64,000 nucleotides of DNA from an uncultured Flavobacterium sp. (GCF_963925415.1 NZ_CAWUTS010000026.1:1776-65775), one strand, 5' to 3'. Shown: positions 1 through 16,100, numbered from the stretch's first letter. The notes: a model not told the origin generated them from the sequence alone. Translations and numbers: made by a program.

Positions 1-1
1 A

Positions 2-5267
<5,266 letters not shown>

Positions 5268-5287
5268 GTTATAGACTTATATAATTT

Positions 5288-5337
5288 AAAAAACCATGAG
5301 GATATATCTTAATTGATAAACTCATGGTTTTTTGTTT
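5288..5337 (+). terminator. Intrinsic terminator after rpoC
   Basis: AAAAAACCATGAG ... CTCATGGTTTTTT inverted repeat with T tract. Confidence 0.75.
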
Positions 5338-5360
5338 AATACCATAAAAAAAATAAAATC

Positions 5361-5672
5361 ATGAACGAGAACAATCCACAGCAAAACCAAATTAATATTG
5401 AACTAGATGAAAAAATAGCTGAAGGAATTTATTCAAACTTAGCAATTATCAACCATTCTAATTCAGAATTTGTAGTAGATTTTGTAACTATGATGCCCGG
5501 AGTGCCTAAAGCAAAAGTTAAATCGAGAATTGTATTAACACCACAGCATGCTAAACGTTTTTTAAAAGCCTTGGCCGAAAACATTCATAGATTTGAGGCT
5601 GCTCATGGTGAAATAAAAGAAGGAGATGCTCCGCAAATCCCTCTAAATTTTGGTCCAGCAGGACAGGCTTAA
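5361..5672 (+). CDS. DUF3467-type conserved protein
   Basis: EGIYSNLAIINHSNSEFVVDF...RIVLTPQHAKR; usual neighbour of rpoC in Bacteroidota. Confidence 0.85.
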   Translation: MNENNPQQNQINIELDEKIAEGIYSNLAIINHSNSEFVVDFVTMMPGVPKAKVKSRIVLTPQHAKRFLKALAENIHRFEAAHGEIKEGDAPQIPLNFGPAGQA

Positions 5673-5787
5673 TTTGAAAAACATGGTGTAGTCTTTTTGT
5701 GTACGCTTTACATAGCGATTTTTTTAAGGTTTTCTATTTGGATACTTTTTGTGTATCACTATTTTAGGACAAGACAGACATTAGTAT

Positions 5788-5821
5788 AAAAAAACCACAT
5801 CATTTGCGATGTGGTTTTTTT
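5788..5821. terminator. Bidirectional intrinsic terminator
   Basis: A7-CCACATC-ATTTGC-GATGTGG-T7 between convergent genes. Confidence 0.85.
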
Positions 5822-5828
5822 ATTTTTT

Positions 5829-7418
5829 TTAATCAATTTCTGAAGTGTAAAATAAGTTTACACTTGGAAATTTTTGTTTGGTCATTTGTATAGAGAATTC
5901 AGAATCCGCTAAAAACACCAATTGACCATATTTATCTTTAGCTAAAAATTTTTGTTTAATTCGTTTAAATTCAGAAAACTCTTCGTTTTTTGGATCATTT
6001 GGTTTAACCCAACATGCCTTATACGCAGCAAAATTTTCATAGGTACATTTAGCGGTATACTCATGCTCTAATCGATATTGAATAACCTCATATTGTAAAG
6101 CTCCAACAGTTCCAATGATTTTTCTTCCGTTCAAATCTAGCGTAAATAATTGAGCAACACCCTCGTCCATCAATTGGTCAATTCCTTTTTCTAATTGTTT
6201 AGATTTTAAAGGATCAGCATTGTTGATGTATCTAAAATGTTCTGGTGAAAAACTAGGAATACCTTTAAAATTCATTAACTCACCTTCTGTGAGTGTATCT
6301 CCAATTTTAAAATTACCTGTATCATGTAGCCCAACAATATCACCGGCATACGAAATGTCAACTATTTCTTTCTTTTCGGCAAAAAATGCATTAGGACTCG
6401 AAAATTTGAGGTTTTTATTTAGCCTCATATGATGGTAGGCTTTGTTTCGTTCAAAAGTACCCGATACGATTTTAATAAAAGCTAATCTGTCTCTGTGTTT
6501 AGGATCCATATTTGCATGAATTTTAAAAACAAAACCACTTAGCTTTTGCTCATTTGGATCAACCAATCTTGTGTCAGATTCTTTAGGTCTTGGAGACGGG
6601 GCTATATCAACAAAACAATCCAATAATTCTCGAACACCAAAATTATTTAAAGCCGAGCCAAAAAAAACGGGTTGTAAATTTCCTCCCAAGTATGCATCTC
6701 TATCAAACTGAGGGTAAACTTCACTTGTTAATTCTATGTCTTCTCTTAAATTTTTTGCTGGCTTTGAACCTATTAACTCATCTAATAAGGGACTGCTTAA
6801 ATCGGAAATTGCAATAGTGTCTTCAATATTTTTGCGGTTATCACCCGAAAATAAATTGATGTTTTTTTCCCATATATTATAAATTCCTTTAAAATCATAA
6901 CCCATTCCAATTGGAAAACTCAAAGGTGTTACCGTTAGTTTTAATTTTTGTTCTACTTCGTCTAATAAGTCAAAAGCATCTTTTCCTTCTCTATCCATTT
7001 TATTGATAAAAACAATGATAGGAATTTTTCGCATTCTACAAACTTCAACTAATTTTTCGGTTTGTTCCTCAACTCCCTTTGCAACATCAATAACAACGAT
7101 TACGCTGTCAACTGCTGTTAAGGTTCTAAAGGTGTCCTCAGCAAAATCTTTATGCCCAGGAGTGTCTAATATATTTATTTTTTTGTCTTTATATATAAAA
7201 GCTAAAACCGAAGTAGAAACCGAAATTCCTCTCTGACGTTCAATTTCCATAAAATCAGAAGTTGCTCCTTTTTTTATTTTATTGTTTTTAACGGCTCCTG
7301 CTTCCTGAATGGCACCTCCAAATAGCAATAGCTTTTCGGTTAAGGTTGTTTTTCCAGCATCGGGATGTGAAATAATTCCAAATGTTCTTCTTCTTAAAAT
7401 TTCTTTTTCTAAACTCAT
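5829..7418 (-). CDS. prfC: Peptide chain release factor 3
   Basis: RRTFGIISHPDAGKTTLTEK, DTPGH, NKMD and GALQYEV motifs; 529 aa. Confidence 0.98.
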   Translation of the reverse strand: MSLEKEILRRRTFGIISHPDAGKTTLTEKLLLFGGAIQEAGAVKNNKIKKGATSDFMEIERQRGISVSTSVLAFIYKDKKINILDTPGHKDFAEDTFRTLTAVDSVIVVIDVAKGVEEQTEKLVEVCRMRKIPIIVFINKMDREGKDAFDLLDEVEQKLKLTVTPLSFPIGMGYDFKGIYNIWEKNINLFSGDNRKNIEDTIAISDLSSPLLDELIGSKPAKNLREDIELTSEVYPQFDRDAYLGGNLQPVFFGSALNNFGVRELLDCFVDIAPSPRPKESDTRLVDPNEQKLSGFVFKIHANMDPKHRDRLAFIKIVSGTFERNKAYHHMRLNKNLKFSSPNAFFAEKKEIVDISYAGDIVGLHDTGNFKIGDTLTEGELMNFKGIPSFSPEHFRYINNADPLKSKQLEKGIDQLMDEGVAQLFTLDLNGRKIIGTVGALQYEVIQYRLEHEYTAKCTYENFAAYKACWVKPNDPKNEEFSEFKRIKQKFLAKDKYGQLVFLADSEFSIQMTKQKFPSVNLFYTSEID

Positions 7419-7631
7419 AATAATAATAAAGATGCAAATTTATTAAAATCAATGTGAATTTAACCATTAAAAGTTATAATGTTTTAATTGATAGCGTTGT
7501 TTAAAACAATAAAATCACATTGTATAGTTTATTGAGCTTTATTATTTTTAACTAAATTTTGATTCAATTGATACTTTTTCTGTATTTTTATATCGAAATG
7601 CATCAAATTGTATTTGAGAAATGGCTTGTAA

Positions 7632-8561
7632 ATGAAAATAAAATCGTTCATAGTAATTGTATTTTTAATGAGTTTAGCGTTGTTTGGCCAACAAGATGCT
7701 CAGTTTACTCAATATATGTATAATACAATACATGTAAACCCCGCTTATGCAGGTTCTAGAGAAGTAATTAGCATTTTTGGTTTGTATCGAAATCAATGGC
7801 TAGGAATAGATGGAGCCCCTATAACAGCTACTGCTTCAATTAATGGGCCTATTAATAATTCTAATATAGGTTTAGGCTTGTCTTTTATGAATGATAAAAT
7901 TGGTCCGTTAACCGATTCAAGTATTTCTGCAGATATATCTTATTTTTTTCGCACATCAAAAAATTTTAAATTAGCTTTTGGAGTAAAAGCTACAGCTAAT
8001 TTATTAAATATTGATTTTACACAACTCAATATTTATAACGCCGAAGATTTAACAATTCAAAATAACATAGACCATGAGTTTTCACCAAATATTGGTGCAG
8101 GATTATATTTGTATTCCAACAGATCTTATCTTGGCTTGTCAATTCCAAATTTTTTTGAAACCAAACATTTTGATGAAAGCATTTCAAATTCAAATTCAGT
8201 TTTTTTAGCAAAAGAACGTTTGCATTATTATTTAATTGGAGGTCATGTTTTTGATCTAAACCCAAACCTGAAATTTAAACCTGCTTTTTTAACAAAAATA
8301 GTTCAAGGTGCTCCGCTTCAATTAGATGTTTCGGCAAACATACTCATTCAAGAAAAGCTTAATTTAGGATTAGCCTATCGTTTTAATGCTGCATTAAGTG
8401 CGCTGTTAGGTTTTCAAGTAAACCAAAGTTGGTTTGTAGGTTATGCTTATGATTTTGATACCACAAATATTGGAAACTATAACTCAGGTTCACATGAAAT
8501 TTTCTTGCGGTACGAATTTTTTAATCATTTTGATCGAATTGTTTCACCTCGATTTTTCTAA
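7632..8561 (+). CDS. Type IX secretion system PorP/SprF family outer-membrane protein
   Basis: QQDAQFTQYMYN..NPAYAG N-terminus, YRNQW, GYAYD, GSHEIFLRY and SPRFF C-terminus. Confidence 0.93.
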   Translation: MKIKSFIVIVFLMSLALFGQQDAQFTQYMYNTIHVNPAYAGSREVISIFGLYRNQWLGIDGAPITATASINGPINNSNIGLGLSFMNDKIGPLTDSSISADISYFFRTSKNFKLAFGVKATANLLNIDFTQLNIYNAEDLTIQNNIDHEFSPNIGAGLYLYSNRSYLGLSIPNFFETKHFDESISNSNSVFLAKERLHYYLIGGHVFDLNPNLKFKPAFLTKIVQGAPLQLDVSANILIQEKLNLGLAYRFNAALSALLGFQVNQSWFVGYAYDFDTTNIGNYNSGSHEIFLRYEFFNHFDRIVSPRFF

Positions 8562-8571
8562 AGTACATAGC

Positions 8572-10524
8572 ATGAAAACACGTATAATTTTATCAATTCT
8601 TTTTATTTGCTCGGTTTCAGTATATGGGCAAAAAAGTCAATTAATTGATGCAGATAAAAAATTTAATTCATATGCCTATATAGATGCTATTACAATTTAT
8701 GAAAAAGTAGCTAATAAAGGATATGTGTCAGCCGAAATTTTTGAAAAACTTGGAAACGCCTATTATTTTAATTCAAATTTAAACAAGGCAGCCTATTGGT
8801 ATCAAAAATTAATAGATTTAGAAAAACCATTAGACCCTGAATATTACTTTCGATTTTCTCATGCTTTAAAATCTATTGGAGATTATGAGAAATCCAATAT
8901 AATGTTTGAAAAATTTAGGGCTACAAATTTAACAGATAGTCGAGGAAAAAAGTATAGGTTAGAAAATGATTATTTAAACCTAATTGATAAAAATTCGGGC
9001 CATTATACAATTGAAAATGCAGATTCAATAAACTCAAAATATTCAGATTATGGATCTGCTTATTTTGGTGATGTTCTTGTTTTTGCTTCTGCAAGAGATA
9101 CCTCAAAAATTTTTAGCAGAAAGCATAAATGGACCAATCAATCTTTTACAAATTTATATCAATCCAATATTAAAACAAATGGAAATGTAGCTGCGGCAAC
9201 AGCATTTTTAAAAGGAGTAGAATCTAAATACAATGAGTCCTCAGCCGTTTTTACAAAAGACATGCAAACCATGTACTTTACCCGGAATAATTATATAGAT
9301 GGCAAAAAGAAAAAAAGCAGTAAAAAAGCAGTATTGTTAAAAATTTTTAAAGCCACATTTATTGACGAAAAATGGCAAAAAATAGTTGAAATGCCATTTA
9401 ATAATAATGAATATAATGTGGCACATCCGGCACTTTCACCAGATGAGAAAACGCTATATTTTGCATCAGATATGCCGGGTTCAATTGGTGCATCAGATTT
9501 GTATAAAGTTTCAATAGATGGACAAAATTATGGAAAGCCAATTAACCTAGGTACAAAAATAAATACTGAAGCACGAGAATCATTTCCATTTATAAGCGAT
9601 CAAAACGAAATATTTTTTGCGTCTGATGGCCACCAAGGCTTAGGTGGTTTTGATGTTTTTGTTTCTAAAATTGAAAAAAACGGATCCTTTAATGAAGTTT
9701 ATAATTTAGGAAAACCTATTAACAGTTCAAACGATGACTTTGCCTTTTTAATTGACACAGAAACAAAAAGAGGATTTTTTTCTTCAAATAGACCAGATGG
9801 TAAAGGATATGATGATATTTATAAATTAAAAGAAATTAAACCCTTAGTGTTTAATTGTACATATATATTATCAGGAATTGTTATAGATGCAATAAGCAAT
9901 AAAAAACTACCAAACACAGCTCTTGTTTTGTTTGATGAAAACTTTTTAGAAGTACAACAAACAACTGCAAACGATTTAGGAAGTTTTATTTTTAATATAG
10001 CATGTGATAAAATATATATTTTAAGAGCAATAGGTTCAAATGGATATTCTTCAAATGAAAAGCAAATTAGTCTTTCTAGTAAAAACAGTGAAGTTTTTGT
10101 TGAATTGCCATTGAATAAAAACAGTATTAAAGTCCATGAAAATGATGATTTAGCCACTTTGTTAGCTTTTAAAATCATATACTTTGATTTGGACAAATCA
10201 TACATCAGAAAAGATGCAGAAATTCAGTTAGAATTGATTTTAGAAATTTTAAAATCAAATCCAACTATGAAAATTGACATTCGGTCTCATACAGATTGCC
10301 GCCAAACAGAAAAATACAACCTAATTTTATCAAATAAAAGAGCAAAATCGACCATGGATTGGTTTGTGAAAAATGGAATTCAAAAGCACCGATTATCTAG
10401 TAAAGGATTTGGAGAAAGTCAATTAATAAATGGATGTACATGTGAGCCTACAAATTATTCTACATGCACCGAAGAGCAACATCAACAAAACAGACGTAGT
10501 GAATTTATAGTGCTTAAATTATAA
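8572..10524 (+). CDS. OmpA-family PorE-like protein (TPR, PD40 propeller, carboxypeptidase-regulatory-like and OmpA_C domains)
   Basis: Signal peptide MKTRIILS; LYFASDMPG and FASDGHQGLGG repeats; IYFDLDKS, SHTD, LSNKRA, NRRSEF; start ATG 8572 follows the PorP stop. Confidence 0.9.
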   Translation: MKTRIILSILFICSVSVYGQKSQLIDADKKFNSYAYIDAITIYEKVANKGYVSAEIFEKLGNAYYFNSNLNKAAYWYQKLIDLEKPLDPEYYFRFSHALKSIGDYEKSNIMFEKFRATNLTDSRGKKYRLENDYLNLIDKNSGHYTIENADSINSKYSDYGSAYFGDVLVFASARDTSKIFSRKHKWTNQSFTNLYQSNIKTNGNVAAATAFLKGVESKYNESSAVFTKDMQTMYFTRNNYIDGKKKKSSKKAVLLKIFKATFIDEKWQKIVEMPFNNNEYNVAHPALSPDEKTLYFASDMPGSIGASDLYKVSIDGQNYGKPINLGTKINTEARESFPFISDQNEIFFASDGHQGLGGFDVFVSKIEKNGSFNEVYNLGKPINSSNDDFAFLIDTETKRGFFSSNRPDGKGYDDIYKLKEIKPLVFNCTYILSGIVIDAISNKKLPNTALVLFDENFLEVQQTTANDLGSFIFNIACDKIYILRAIGSNGYSSNEKQISLSSKNSEVFVELPLNKNSIKVHENDDLATLLAFKIIYFDLDKSYIRKDAEIQLELILEILKSNPTMKIDIRSHTDCRQTEKYNLILSNKRAKSTMDWFVKNGIQKHRLSSKGFGESQLINGCTCEPTNYSTCTEEQHQQNRRSEFIVLKL

Positions 10525-10679
10525 AAAATACAGGTGGTATTTAATATTTACATATAAATTAATATCTTAGTTGTTTTTTTTGGTATAATTTTTTGTTAAT
10601 AGATTAAGTTATTCTTGATTAATAACTTTGAATTATTATTTTTGTTGATTGTTACATTTTATTAAATTAATTAAAGAAT

Positions 10680-12647
10680 ATGAAAAACTATTTTGTTTTA
10701 GGATTATTTTTACTGTTAAATTTTAATCAAGTTTTTTCTCAAGAAATAAAAAATGAGGAATTATTTTCAATTGATAATAAACCTTATTTTACAGAAGAGT
10801 TTATTAGGGTTTATAACAAAAATATAGACTTGGTTAAAGATGATTCGCAAAAAAACATTGATGTTTATTTCGATTTATTTTTAGGTTATAAACTTAAAGT
10901 TGAAAAAGCGTATAAGATAGGACTTCAAAACAGCCTGAAATACAAAAATGAATTAGCTTCATACAGAACACAGCTTTCAAAAAACTACACAAGTGACTCT
11001 AAGGTAACTGAAGTTCTAAAAACAGAAGCTTATCAACGTTCGCTTAAGGAAATAAAAGCATCACATATTTTAATTTTATTGGATGAATTTGCTTTGCCTG
11101 CTGACACATTGATCGCTTATAATAAGGCTTTAGAAATAAAAAATAAAATAAGCGAAGGACTTTCTTTTGAACAGGCTGCAGAAACTTATTCTCAAGACCC
11201 CTCGGCAAAAGATAATAAAGGAAATCTAGGTTATTTTTCTGTTTTTAGAATGGTTTACCCTTTTGAGTCTACCGCTTATAACACTAAAGTTGGATCTGTT
11301 TCAAAACCAACACGAACTCGTTTTGGTTATCATTTAATTAAGGTAACAGATGCTAGAGACAACAGAGGTGAGGTTACAGTTGCTCATATTATGGTTTTAG
11401 ACAAGAAAGCTGATGATGGTTCTGACATGTCAAAAAATACGATAGATGAAATATATCAAAAACTGCAACAAGGAGAAAAATTTGATGCCTTAGCAAAACA
11501 ATTTTCTGAAGACAAATCGTCTTCTGATAAAGGCGGTGTTTTAAATCGTTTTGGTGCAGGGCAATTGAGCTCAATAGAATTTGAAAACATATCTTTTTCT
11601 TTAAAAGAAGTTGATGAAACTTCAGAACCATTTAAATCAAATTTCGGATGGCATATTGTCAAATTAATTGAAAAGCATTCTGTTGAAACCTATGAAAAGG
11701 CAAAATATGAATTGGAAAATAAAATCAGAAGAGATGACCGATCTAAACTAATTTCAAATTCTTTAAGCGATAAATTAAACAAAAAATATACTTCGTCTAC
11801 TGATGATAAAGTGATGAAATTAGTTAAAAGTTTAGTAGATGATACTTTTTATAATCAAGTTTGGGAAGTTTCGCAAGATGTGTTGAAAGAAAGCAATATA
11901 GATTTATTAGTTATTAATAATGATTTAAAAATAAAAGCATCTGTATTTTTACAGTACTTACAAACAATGCAAAAACAAAATCTTCAAATTAAACCAGTTG
12001 CTGCACTTGTGGATCATTTTTATGCTTTATTTATAGATGTTAATTTAAAAGAATATTATGATTCCAATTTAGAAAATGAATTTTCTGAATTTAAAAACAT
12101 AATGGAAGAATATAGAGACGGTTTATTGCTATTTGATTTGATGGAAAAAGAAATATGGGATCGTTCTAAATCAGATACTATAGGTCAAAAAGAATTTTAT
12201 TTAAACAATAAAGCAAACTATACATGGAAGAAAAGAATTCAAGCAGATATTTATTCTTCAACCAATAGATCAGATTTAGAAGCAGCCTTAAAACTTGTTG
12301 AAAAGGGAAAAGAAGTTATATTTATTAAAAACGAATTAAACAAAGATGGTAAAGTAAACATAATGGTTCAAACAGGTTTGTTTGAAGAAGGGGATAAGTT
12401 TTTGCCCAAAAGCATTAAATATAAAGTTGAAAGATCTAAAATAGTAAAAGAAGGAGATTATTATTTCTTTTTAAATACTTCAAAAATAACAGATTCGGAG
12501 CCTAAAAAATTCGAAGATGCAAAAGGTAAAATAATTAATGATTATCAACAATTTTTAGATTCCAATTGGGTTAATGAGTTAAAAAATGACGTAACAATCA
12601 AGGTGAATAAAGAGGTTTTAGAAAAAGTAAAAATACTATTAAAATAG
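10680..12647 (+). CDS. Periplasmic parvulin-type peptidyl-prolyl isomerase with two rotamase domains
   Basis: ASHILI, YSQDPS, GNLGYF, FGYHLIK; second domain AHIMV, FSEDKSS, FGWHIVK. Confidence 0.92.
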   Translation: MKNYFVLGLFLLLNFNQVFSQEIKNEELFSIDNKPYFTEEFIRVYNKNIDLVKDDSQKNIDVYFDLFLGYKLKVEKAYKIGLQNSLKYKNELASYRTQLSKNYTSDSKVTEVLKTEAYQRSLKEIKASHILILLDEFALPADTLIAYNKALEIKNKISEGLSFEQAAETYSQDPSAKDNKGNLGYFSVFRMVYPFESTAYNTKVGSVSKPTRTRFGYHLIKVTDARDNRGEVTVAHIMVLDKKADDGSDMSKNTIDEIYQKLQQGEKFDALAKQFSEDKSSSDKGGVLNRFGAGQLSSIEFENISFSLKEVDETSEPFKSNFGWHIVKLIEKHSVETYEKAKYELENKIRRDDRSKLISNSLSDKLNKKYTSSTDDKVMKLVKSLVDDTFYNQVWEVSQDVLKESNIDLLVINNDLKIKASVFLQYLQTMQKQNLQIKPVAALVDHFYALFIDVNLKEYYDSNLENEFSEFKNIMEEYRDGLLLFDLMEKEIWDRSKSDTIGQKEFYLNNKANYTWKKRIQADIYSSTNRSDLEAALKLVEKGKEVIFIKNELNKDGKVNIMVQTGLFEEGDKFLPKSIKYKVERSKIVKEGDYYFFLNTSKITDSEPKKFEDAKGKIINDYQQFLDSNWVNELKNDVTIKVNKEVLEKVKILLK

Positions 12648-12651
12648 CATT

Positions 12652-13503
12652 ATGAAATTAAAACTTCTGGTTGCAACAATACTTTTTGTTTTTTTTTCTT
12701 GTAAAAAAGAAACAATCAAAGAAGACAATGGTATAATAGCGCGAGTAAGTAATTTTATATTAGTAAAAGAAGACCTTATAGATTTAGTGCCTTTTGGTAC
12801 AACAAAAAAAGACAGTATTGTTATTGTAAACGATTTTATAGATAGATGGGCCTCTCAAAAATTACTTTATAATGCAGCTGAAGTAAATTTATCTGATGAA
12901 AAACAAGCGGAATTAAATAATCTTGTAGATCAATATAAAAAAGACTTATACTTAAAAGCATACATAGAGCAATTAGTCTACAAATCATTTGACACAATAG
13001 TTTCAGAACAAGAATTGAGTAGCTATTATGAACATAATAAAGAAAAATTTAAAACAAATACAGCACTTGTAAAATTGAGTTATATTCAGGTAAATAAAAA
13101 CAGTTTAAAACTTAAATTACTTTCAAGTAATTTTGCAAAAGGCTCAAAAGAAAGTAAAGATGTATTAAAAAAAAATGCAATTGAATTAAAAAGTTATGCT
13201 TTCAACGATTCTATTTGGATTGATATGAACCAAATTTATGAAAATTTTTCATTTATAAATATTGAAAACAAAGAGAATTACATAGTAAAAGATAGAATAA
13301 TGAAATTCACAGATTCAACCGATGTTTTTTTTATTAAAACATCTAATTATATTGAAAGAAATCAAGTGTCACCCTTTCAATATATAAAACCAACATTAAA
13401 AAATGTTATCCTAAATAAACGTAAAATAGAATTAATAAATAAATTTCAAAAAGACATTACAAAAGATGCTCTCAAAGACAAAAAATATGAAATATACAAA
13501 TAA
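12652..13503 (+). CDS. Lipoprotein, PPIase/SurA-associated
   Basis: Lipobox FFSC; lies between two PPIase genes; SurA-N-like VSEQELSSYYE segment. Confidence 0.7.
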   Translation: MKLKLLVATILFVFFSCKKETIKEDNGIIARVSNFILVKEDLIDLVPFGTTKKDSIVIVNDFIDRWASQKLLYNAAEVNLSDEKQAELNNLVDQYKKDLYLKAYIEQLVYKSFDTIVSEQELSSYYEHNKEKFKTNTALVKLSYIQVNKNSLKLKLLSSNFAKGSKESKDVLKKNAIELKSYAFNDSIWIDMNQIYENFSFINIENKENYIVKDRIMKFTDSTDVFFIKTSNYIERNQVSPFQYIKPTLKNVILNKRKIELINKFQKDITKDALKDKKYEIYK

Positions 13504-14857
13504 AATAAAAAATCTTTTAGCCCTTGTTATTATAGCTTCAACAGCATTATATGCTCAACCAAAAAAACAAAAAATTGATGGTGTTTCTGCTGTAGTAGGT
13601 GATTATGTAGTTCTAGATTCAGATATCGATTTAATGTTGATAGAGTTAAGAGCTCAAGGTATTTCAAGTAAAGATGTAACAAGATGTGAACTGCTTGGTA
13701 AACTTTTGGAAGATCGTTTATACGCTCATCATGCCATTCAAGACAGCTTAATCGTTTCGGATGACGATGTAAGAAATGTAATGGATGAACAATTGGGCGT
13801 AATGACTGAGCAATTAGGAAGTGTTGATAAAGTTGTAAAATATTACAATAAAAAAAATCTTGATGAATTTAAAAACTATTTCTTTGACATCATCAAAATG
13901 AACAAATTGGTATCAGCAATGAATGCAAAAATTGTCGATGATATAGAAATCACACCCGAAGAAGTAAGAACGTTTTATAATAAAATACCTAAGGAAGACC
14001 TTCCTGCTATTGGTGCTGAAGTTGAAATTGCACAAATCATTACTAAACCTATAATTTCGGAAGAAGAAAATCAAAAAGTAATCAATAAACTTTTAGATAT
14101 TAAAAAAGACATATTAGAAAACGGCTCTAGCTTTACTACAAAAGCTGTTTTATATACTGAAGATAGAGCTTCTGCGTCAAATGGAGGTTATTATAAAATA
14201 AATAAAAAAACTCAATTTGTAAAAGAATTTAAAGATGTAGCTTTTAGTCTTCAAGAAGGCGAAATTTCAGATCCATTTAAAACAGAATACGGTTATCATA
14301 TAATTAAAGTTGAGCGTATTTTAGGTCAAGAAATTGAGTTACGACATATATTAATGTCCCCAAAAGTAAGTGAAGCATCCTTTAATGAAGCAAAAACTAG
14401 AATTGAGAATATTAGAGCAAAAATAATAAGTAAGGAACTTACTTTTTCTGAAGCAGCAAAATCTTTTTCAGATCAAAAAGAAACAAAAAATAATGGTGGA
14501 ATTTTATTAAATCCAAAAACACTTGAACCAAAATTTGAACTTACCAAAATGGATCCATCATTATATAATGAAATATCGGAATTAAAAGTTAACGAAATTT
14601 CAAGAGTTATCACCGATGAAATTGCAGGCGAAGGAAAGTTTTTTAAAATAATAAACATCAATGAAAGATCTGACGAACATACAGCAGATTTTTCTAAAGA
14701 TTTTATTAAAATAAAAGAGATAGCTTTAAAGGATAAACAAATTACTACTGTTTCTAAATGGACAAAAGAAAAAATTAGTCAAACCTATATTAAAATTAAT
14801 GGTGAGTATCGTGACTGTGAATTTGCAAGTGATTGGTTGAAGCAAAATGTAAACTAA
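13466..14857 (+). CDS. surA: SurA-like peptidyl-prolyl isomerase/chaperone (start may be 13487)
   Basis: KIDGVSAVVG N-domain, ITPEEV, FKTEYGYHII, RHIL. Confidence 0.85.
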   Translation: MLSKTKNMKYTNKIKNLLALVIIASTALYAQPKKQKIDGVSAVVGDYVVLDSDIDLMLIELRAQGISSKDVTRCELLGKLLEDRLYAHHAIQDSLIVSDDDVRNVMDEQLGVMTEQLGSVDKVVKYYNKKNLDEFKNYFFDIIKMNKLVSAMNAKIVDDIEITPEEVRTFYNKIPKEDLPAIGAEVEIAQIITKPIISEEENQKVINKLLDIKKDILENGSSFTTKAVLYTEDRASASNGGYYKINKKTQFVKEFKDVAFSLQEGEISDPFKTEYGYHIIKVERILGQEIELRHILMSPKVSEASFNEAKTRIENIRAKIISKELTFSEAAKSFSDQKETKNNGGILLNPKTLEPKFELTKMDPSLYNEISELKVNEISRVITDEIAGEGKFFKIININERSDEHTADFSKDFIKIKEIALKDKQITTVSKWTKEKISQTYIKINGEYRDCEFASDWLKQNVN

Positions 14858-14898
14858 TATTATTTTTAGCAATTAAAAACCACTTTACAAAAACACAT

Positions 14899-15852
14899 AT
14901 GTCAGACGTTGAAACATTAGAATTACTGGTTCAAAAAAAACAAGAGCTTCAAAAAGAAGTTGCTAAGGTGATTATTGGGCAAGATGCTGTTGTGAATCAA
15001 ATAATTTTGAGTATTTTTTCTGGCGGACACGCTCTTTTAGTTGGAGTGCCAGGATTAGCTAAAACTTTAATGGTTAATACAATTTCTCAAGCATTAGGTT
15101 TAAATTTTAAAAGAATTCAGTTCACACCAGATTTAATGCCTTCAGATATATTAGGAAGTGAAATATTAGATGAAAACCGTCAGTTTAAATTTATAAAAGG
15201 CCCCATTTTTTCTAATATTATTTTAGCAGATGAAATTAACAGAACGCCCCCAAAAACTCAGGCAGCGCTCTTAGAAGCTATGCAAGAGCGTTCAGTAACC
15301 ATTGCTGGGCATCATTATAAATTAGATTTACCTTATTTTGTTTTAGCAACACAAAACCCTATTGAGCAAGAAGGAACATATCCATTACCAGAAGCACAAT
15401 TAGATCGTTTTATGTTTGCCATTAAATTAGATTACCCTAGTTTTCAAGAAGAAGTTGATGTGGTTAAAGCAACTACTTCAAATAATAAACCTCAAGTAAA
15501 CCCCTTGTTTACAGCTCAAGATATTATTCATTTTCAAAACGTAATTCGAAAAATTCCTGTAGCCGATAATGTAATTGAATATGCCGTTACGCTAGTTAGT
15601 AAAACCAGACCAGATAATCCGCTCGCGACCGAATTTGTAAAAACTTATATTGATTGGGGAGCAGGCCCAAGAGCTTCGCAAAATTTAATATTGGCCGCAA
15701 AAGCTAATGCAGCTTTTAAGGGTAAATATTCACCAGATATTGAAGATGTAAAAGCTGTTGCAAAAGGTATATTAAGACACAGAATTGTAAAAAATTATAA
15801 AGCTGATGCCGAGGGTATAACAGAAGAAATGATTATAGAAAGATTGTTTTAA
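14899..15852 (+). CDS. MoxR family AAA+ ATPase
   Basis: GVPGLAKT, RIQFTPDLMPSD, LADEINR, ATQNPIEQEGTYPLPEAQLDRF. Confidence 0.95.
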   Translation: MSDVETLELLVQKKQELQKEVAKVIIGQDAVVNQIILSIFSGGHALLVGVPGLAKTLMVNTISQALGLNFKRIQFTPDLMPSDILGSEILDENRQFKFIKGPIFSNIILADEINRTPPKTQAALLEAMQERSVTIAGHHYKLDLPYFVLATQNPIEQEGTYPLPEAQLDRFMFAIKLDYPSFQEEVDVVKATTSNNKPQVNPLFTAQDIIHFQNVIRKIPVADNVIEYAVTLVSKTRPDNPLATEFVKTYIDWGAGPRASQNLILAAKANAAFKGKYSPDIEDVKAVAKGILRHRIVKNYKADAEGITEEMIIERLF

Positions 15853-16077
15853 ATGTTAAAAAATAATTAATCTACTCGAACATTTAAGCTGTAAATTTTA
15901 AAAGATAAAATAAATATAGTGCTATTTATGTTTAGTAATAAAATTAATCCTTAACATATTTAATTAATTTCATTTTTACACCCAAAATAATATCATATTA
16001 GTAATTTATATTGTTTTAAATGTCGATTTAACAATACATCAATCCTGTTGAAGATTATTTGATAAATATTTTTAAAT

Positions 16078-16100
16078 AGAATAACGTTTTCGTAAATTTG
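16078..16100 (+). promoter_or_regulatory. Aconitase promoter -7 element overlapped by a LacI-like operator
   Basis: AACGTTTTCGTAAA at 16083-16096 overlaps TAAATTTG (TAnnTTTG) at 16093-16100. Confidence 0.6.

Noticed and set aside
5673-5787. Possible REP/MITE remnant and a cre-like TGTAAAGCGT shared with 55826-55835
   Set aside because: Only short imperfect palindromes; a single 10-mer match is expected by chance in AT-rich 64 kb
8443-8571. N-terminal extension of the OmpA ORF in the track
   Set aside because: Overlaps PorP; the signal peptide begins at ATG 8572. Similar upstream over-calls were trimmed for rpoC, MoxR, gap, hisS, prmC and the lipoprotein
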